NCBI GenBank assembly: GCA_035714445.1 | Contig: DASTLY010000146.1 | Location: 17,730-81,729, forward strand | Direction: 5' to 3' | DNA: 64,000 bases | From: Mycobacteriales bacterium | Lineage (GTDB): Bacteria > Actinomycetota > Actinomycetes > Mycobacteriales > SCTD01 | Shown: positions 59,827 to 64,000 of the stretch, in pieces | How positions within the stretch are numbered: position 1 is the stretch's first letter | How the letters are laid out: each line of letters starts with the position of its first letter | The notes under the pieces: generated by a model | Told to the model about the DNA's origin: nothing | Databases searched by the model: none | What the model saw: the letters and a program-made list of their open reading frames with translations, nothing else | Translations under genes and position numbers: made by a program

Positions 59827-60021
59827 TCAGCGCTCGGCGGCAGGTGCGGCCGTGGCGTCGCAGACGGCCCGCCAGACGGTCTTGGCGTCCTCGCCGGCGG
59901 CCAGCGCCTCCCGGACGGTGCGGTAGTCGAGCTCGGCGAGCACCTGGTCCGCCGCGTAGGACGGCGCGTAGAGCGGCCCGAACTTCTCGTCCATCCGCCG
60001 CCAGAACTCCGTCAGCCGCAC
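59827..60021 (-). CDS. DUF3046 domain-containing protein (Rv2738c-like)
   Basis: The sequence MRLTEFWRRMDEKFGPLYAPSYAADQVLAELDYRTVREALAAGEDAKTVWRAVCD closely resembles the small conserved protein found next to recA in mycobacteria. Confidence 0.85.
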   Translation of the reverse strand: MRLTEFWRRMDEKFGPLYAPSYAADQVLAELDYRTVREALAAGEDAKTVWRAVCDATAAPAAER

Positions 60022-60046
60022 CCCGACAGCGTAGGGGTCGTCGGGG

Positions 60047-62713
60047 TCAGCGCAGGTGGGCCGGACCCTCGGCAGTGAGCCGCCGCGGCCCGCGCTCCGG
60101 GTCGAGCTCGGCGGGCAGCAGCCGGACGCCGCCGTGCAGGACGACCACCCCCCGCTCCCCCACCAGCACCGGGTCGAGCAGCACCTCAGCGACGTCCGGG
60201 ACCTCCTCGGCGAGACGGGCCAGCCGCAGCAGGACCTCCTGCAGGGCCGCCGTGTCGGTGCCCTGCAGGAGCGCGGCCCCCCGGATCCCGGCGACCAGGT
60301 CCGCGGCGTCCAGGTCGGTCAGCGGCAGGGTGCGGGTCAGCGGGTCGGCGAGCAGGTCGGCCGCGACGCCGCCGAGGCGAAGGGACACCAGCGGTCCGAC
60401 GGCGGGATCGGTCCACAGCCGGACGACCGTGGAGACGCCCGCCGGCGCCATGGGCTGCACGATCACCGGGCCGCCGCTCACGAGCGCCTGCACCGTCGTC
60501 CAGGCGGCCCGCAGCTCGTCCGGGGCGTTCAGTCCCAGCTGCACCGCGCCGACGTCGCTGCGGTTGCGCCAGCGGGGGTCGCCGCTCTTGAGCACGACCG
60601 GCCAGCCGGCATCGACCGCCGCCTGCAGCGCCTCGTCCAACGAGGCCGGGTAGGCAGTGGGCCACACCTCGATCCCGACGGCGGCGAGCAGGTCGCACGC
60701 GGCGGTCGGCGCCAGCCACTCCCCGTCGTGCGGGTGCTGCGCGGCGACCGTGCGGGCCTGCCCGGCACGTACGCCCGCCAGCTCCGGCACCTCGCCCTGC
60801 GGCCGCGCGCGCCAGGCGGCGTACGCCGAGGCCCGCCCGAGCGCCAGCGCGGCCGACTCGGGCGAGGCGTACGACGGGACCGATCCCCGCTCTTGGCCGT
60901 CGCCGAGGGCCAGCTCGTCCGGCACCCCGTCGACCCCGAGGTAGGACGCGAGGACCGGCAGCGGCCCCTGCTGCGACGCCGTGAGCAGCACCTGCGCGAG
61001 CCCCGCCGCGTCCGGGTGCGGCGTCACCAGCGCGAGCAGCGCGTCGACCTCCCCGCTGCCGACGACCAGCCGGACGGCCACCTCGAGCTGCGCCGGCTCG
61101 GCCAGCGGCCCCAGGTCGACCGGGTTGGCGGTCTCGGTGGTCCCCGCCAGCGCCTGCAGCGCGACCTGGACGTCCCCGGGCAGCTCCGGGACCTCGAGCC
61201 CGGCGCCCCGGCAGGCGTCGGCAGCCAGCGAGGCCAGCGCGCTGGACGTGCCGACGATGCCGACCCGGGAGCCGGCGGGCAGCGGCTGCAGGGCGAGCAG
61301 CTGGGCGGTCTCGAACAGCTGCGCGAGGGTGTCGACGCGGATGACCCCCGCCGAGCCGAACAGCGCGTCGACGGCCACGTCACCGGCGCCCCGGCCGCTC
61401 TTGAGCGCGACGACCGGCTTCGTCCGGCCGACCGTACGGGCGATGCGGGCGAACTTGCGCGGGTTGCCGAACCCCTGCAGGTGCATGAGCACGACGTCGG
61501 TGCCGAGGTCGGCCTGCCAGTACTGCAGCAGGTCGTTGCCCGACACGTCCGCACGGTCGCCGATCGACACGAACGTCGACAGGCCCAGCCGGCGCCGGGA
61601 CGCCTCGGCCAGGAACGTGCCGGCCAGCGCGCCGGACTGGCTGAACACGCCGACCCGGCCGGGCAACGGCGACCCGGTCGCGAAGGTGGCGTGCAGGCGT
61701 ACTGCCGCGTCGGCGTTGACCAGGCCCATCGCGTTGGGTCCGATCAGGCGCATCCCGCCGTCGCGCGCGGCCTGCACCACCTGCGCGAGCCGGGCGCGGC
61801 CCTGCTCCCCCGCGTCGCCGAACCCGCCGGCGACGACGAGCAGCCCCCGGACCCGCTTCTCGGAGCACGCGCGTACGGCGTCGAGCACCAGCGCCGCCGG
61901 CAGGGCGATCACGGCGAGGTCGACGTCGTCCGGGACGTCGCGGATGTCGGCCCAGGCGCGCACCGACCGCACGTGCGGCGCCGCGGGGTTCACAGGGTAG
62001 ACCGGGCCGTTGAACCCGTGTGCGAGCAGGGAGCGGAGCACCTCGTGCCCGGCCGTGCCCGGCTCGCGCGACGCGCCGATGACCGCCACCGCGGCCGGCG
62101 CGAGCAGCCGCGCGACGCTGCGCGCCTCGGCGCGGTGCTCCCGCGCGCGGACGACCTGCAGCGAGGCCTCGGTCTCCTGGATCGGGAAGGTCAGCTCGAT
62201 GTAGCCGTCCGCCATCTCCCGGGAGACCTCGAAGCCGGCGCTGCGGAAGACCGAGATCATCCGCCGGTTCTGGGGGAGAACGTCGGCGACGAAGCGCACG
62301 ACGCCGCGCTCGCGGGCGGCCGCCTCCAGGTGCTCGAGCAGCAGCGCACCCAGGCCGCGGCCCTGGTGGGCGTCCTCGACGACGACGGCGACCTCGGCGT
62401 CCGGCGTACCCGGGAAGCGCGAGTAGCGGCAGACGCCCACGATCTCGTCGCGCAGCAGCGCCACCAGCGCCGCTCGCTCGTCGTGGTCGACGGTGGTGAA
62501 GCGCTCGACGTCGCGGGCGGGCAGGGTGCGGACCATGGAGAAGAAGCGGTTGTAGACGGTCTCCGGGGACAGCCGGCTGGGGCAGGCGCGCAGCCGGTCG
62601 GCGTCGTCGGGCACGATCGGGCGGACGTGCACGGTGCCGCCGTCGGCGAGCACGGCGTCCGCCTCCCAGTGCTTGGGGTACGCGCTCGGCTCGGTCACCC
62701 GGCCATCCTCCAC
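60047..62713 (-). CDS. Bifunctional GNAT acetyltransferase / NDP-forming acyl-CoA synthetase-like protein (Pat-type protein acetyltransferase, actinobacterial domain order)
   Basis: The N-terminal GNAT domain has VVVEDAHQGRGLGALLLEHL. CoA-binding (VAVIGASREPGTAGH), succinyl-CoA-ligase-like and ATP-grasp segments follow. The start is GTG 62713 or in-frame GTG 62698. Confidence 0.88.
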   Translation of the reverse strand: MEDGRVTEPSAYPKHWEADAVLADGGTVHVRPIVPDDADRLRACPSRLSPETVYNRFFSMVRTLPARDVERFTTVDHDERAALVALLRDEIVGVCRYSRFPGTPDAEVAVVVEDAHQGRGLGALLLEHLEAAARERGVVRFVADVLPQNRRMISVFRSAGFEVSREMADGYIELTFPIQETEASLQVVRAREHRAEARSVARLLAPAAVAVIGASREPGTAGHEVLRSLLAHGFNGPVYPVNPAAPHVRSVRAWADIRDVPDDVDLAVIALPAALVLDAVRACSEKRVRGLLVVAGGFGDAGEQGRARLAQVVQAARDGGMRLIGPNAMGLVNADAAVRLHATFATGSPLPGRVGVFSQSGALAGTFLAEASRRRLGLSTFVSIGDRADVSGNDLLQYWQADLGTDVVLMHLQGFGNPRKFARIARTVGRTKPVVALKSGRGAGDVAVDALFGSAGVIRVDTLAQLFETAQLLALQPLPAGSRVGIVGTSSALASLAADACRGAGLEVPELPGDVQVALQALAGTTETANPVDLGPLAEPAQLEVAVRLVVGSGEVDALLALVTPHPDAAGLAQVLLTASQQGPLPVLASYLGVDGVPDELALGDGQERGSVPSYASPESAALALGRASAYAAWRARPQGEVPELAGVRAGQARTVAAQHPHDGEWLAPTAACDLLAAVGIEVWPTAYPASLDEALQAAVDAGWPVVLKSGDPRWRNRSDVGAVQLGLNAPDELRAAWTTVQALVSGGPVIVQPMAPAGVSTVVRLWTDPAVGPLVSLRLGGVAADLLADPLTRTLPLTDLDAADLVAGIRGAALLQGTDTAALQEVLLRLARLAEEVPDVAEVLLDPVLVGERGVVVLHGGVRLLPAELDPERGPRRLTAEGPAHLR

Positions 62714-62717
62714 CGGC

Positions 62718-63911
62718 TCAGCCCGAGCGGGTCACCGCGCCGCCCCGCGACCGGGTCTGCCGGGCGCGAGGAAGCCGAGCGGGACGCGTCTCGGTCGGGC
62801 CGGCCGCGGCACGGCGCTCCGGGTGGCCGAACAGCCAGCCCTGCCCCAGGTCGACGCCGAGCTGCGCTGCGGCAGCCGCCTGCTCCTCGGTCTCGACGGC
62901 CTCGGCGAGCACCCGCCCGCCGTACGAGTGGGCGATGTCGACGACGGCGGCCACGACCGCACGGCTGGTGGGGTCCGGCAGCGCCTGGACGAGCTCCTTG
63001 TCGAGCTTGACGACGTCCGGCCGCAGGCGCACCAGCATCGTCAGGGAGGCGTAGCCGGCTCCCAGGTCGTCGAGCGCGACCCTGCAGCTGCGGGAGCGGT
63101 AGTGGTCGAAGACCCCCTGCAGGTGGTCGACGTCGCGGACCAGGTGGGTCTCGGTGACCTCGAACACGACCTGGTCCAGCCCGATCCCGGCGTCGCGCGC
63201 CGCCTGCTCGGTCGTCCGCAGGCAGACCTCGGGCCGGTAGATCGACGTCGGGATGAAGTTGATGAACAGCAGCTGGTCGGGAGCCAGCCAGCCGGCGGCG
63301 TCCCGCAGCGCGGTGGTACGGCCCACCCGGTCGAGCAGGTGCGTCCACCCGGCGGCCTCGGCCGCCGGGAACAGCTCGTCGGGGCTCAGCCGGAGCCCGC
63401 CGGGGGTGACCCCCCGCAGCAGCGCCTCGAAGCCGATGGTCCTGCGGTCGGTCAGCGACACGATCGGCTGGTACTCCGCGTAGAACCCGGCCGCCTCGTC
63501 CGCGAACAGCGGGAGCAGGTCGGCATGCCGGAGCCGCGCGGCGGCAGCCGCGAGCGTCGGCGCGGTCAGCGCCCGGCGCAGGACCTCCGGGGCGGTCGGG
63601 TCGAGCCCCGCCAGCACCGTGCACCGGACCTCGGCGGCCTCCACCGGTGACAGCGCGGCCCCGGCGTGCGTGACGAAGGCGTCCGCGTCCTCGGTCTGGA
63701 GGGCGAGCAGTCCCGGAGCCAGCACCCGGAGCGGCACGCCCTGCCGCCGGGCCAGCGTGCGCAGCACCGTCGCGGTGTGGTCGACCTGGGTGGCCAGCAG
63801 CAGGGACCCGCCGGTAGGGGACGTGCACGGGGCGCTGCACGGGCAGCCCGCGCAGGAAGACGTGGTCACGGTGCTCCTGGCAGGAGATGTCGTCGGGGAA
63901 CGGCTCTGCAT
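62718..63911 (-). CDS. EAL domain protein (putative c-di-GMP phosphodiesterase) with an uncharacterised N-terminal region
   Basis: The EAL-domain signature residues are all present: GFEALLR, FINFIP, FEVTET, ALDDLGAGYASL, VKLDK, AEAVETEEQ and QGWLFG. The N-terminal about 130 aa and the start (ATG 63911) are uncertain. Confidence 0.8.
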   Translation of the reverse strand: MQSRSPTTSPARSTVTTSSCAGCPCSAPCTSPTGGSLLLATQVDHTATVLRTLARRQGVPLRVLAPGLLALQTEDADAFVTHAGAALSPVEAAEVRCTVLAGLDPTAPEVLRRALTAPTLAAAAARLRHADLLPLFADEAAGFYAEYQPIVSLTDRRTIGFEALLRGVTPGGLRLSPDELFPAAEAAGWTHLLDRVGRTTALRDAAGWLAPDQLLFINFIPTSIYRPEVCLRTTEQAARDAGIGLDQVVFEVTETHLVRDVDHLQGVFDHYRSRSCRVALDDLGAGYASLTMLVRLRPDVVKLDKELVQALPDPTSRAVVAAVVDIAHSYGGRVLAEAVETEEQAAAAAQLGVDLGQGWLFGHPERRAAAGPTETRPARLPRARQTRSRGGAVTRSG

Positions 63912-64000
63912 CGACAGCCCCGGCAGGTGCCTGAAGGACCGCGGGCGGCCGGGGCGGACCGGCTCGACCGGTGTTTGTCGGACCCTGCCGCCACACTGGC

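Overview
This is a high-GC actinobacterial chromosome segment (about 70-75 % G+C by eye, with codon third positions almost all G/C). It is tightly packed with about 55 genes and contains no rRNA, tRNA, CRISPR or IS element that I can see. The backbone is housekeeping and DNA repair. It includes a translationally coupled recC-recB-recD operon on the minus strand (12015 down to 3624), sepH, ppc, and nrdR-nrdJ with NrdR boxes. It also includes a LysM-gene/lexA divergon with three SOS boxes, the miaB-SCP2-miaA-dapF-hflX run, recX-recA, a gluABCD-type importer, a TetR-controlled ABC exporter pair, a Pat-like acetyltransferase and an EAL phosphodiesterase. The order nrdR ... lexA ... hflX-dapF-miaA-miaB-recX-recA-DUF3046 mirrors the M. 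tuberculosis Rv2718c-Rv2738c region. Six items stand out. (1) recA is interrupted by a 364-codon LAGLIDADG intein at the [12 protein letters not shown] site. (2) A markedly lower-GC two-gene islet (lipoprotein plus Cys-rich PKD-like secreted protein) sits between lexA and the hflX operon. (3) A block of three function-unknown genes lies at 16.7-19.7 kb. (4) An in-frame 18-bp minisatellite lies in the RecB helicase-nuclease tether. (5) Two unrelated short tandem-repeat arrays sit in intergenic regions. (6) recA and the LysM gene each carry both LexA boxes and a RecA-NDp/PafBC-type promoter motif. I found no convincing defence or otherwise novel multi-gene system, so the dark-matter candidates are reported with modest scores. 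Many very long ORFs in the supplied track are stop-codon-poor run-ons or antisense shadows. I trimmed starts using family N-termini, Shine-Dalgarno sequences and 4-nt GTGA/ATGA stop-start overlaps.
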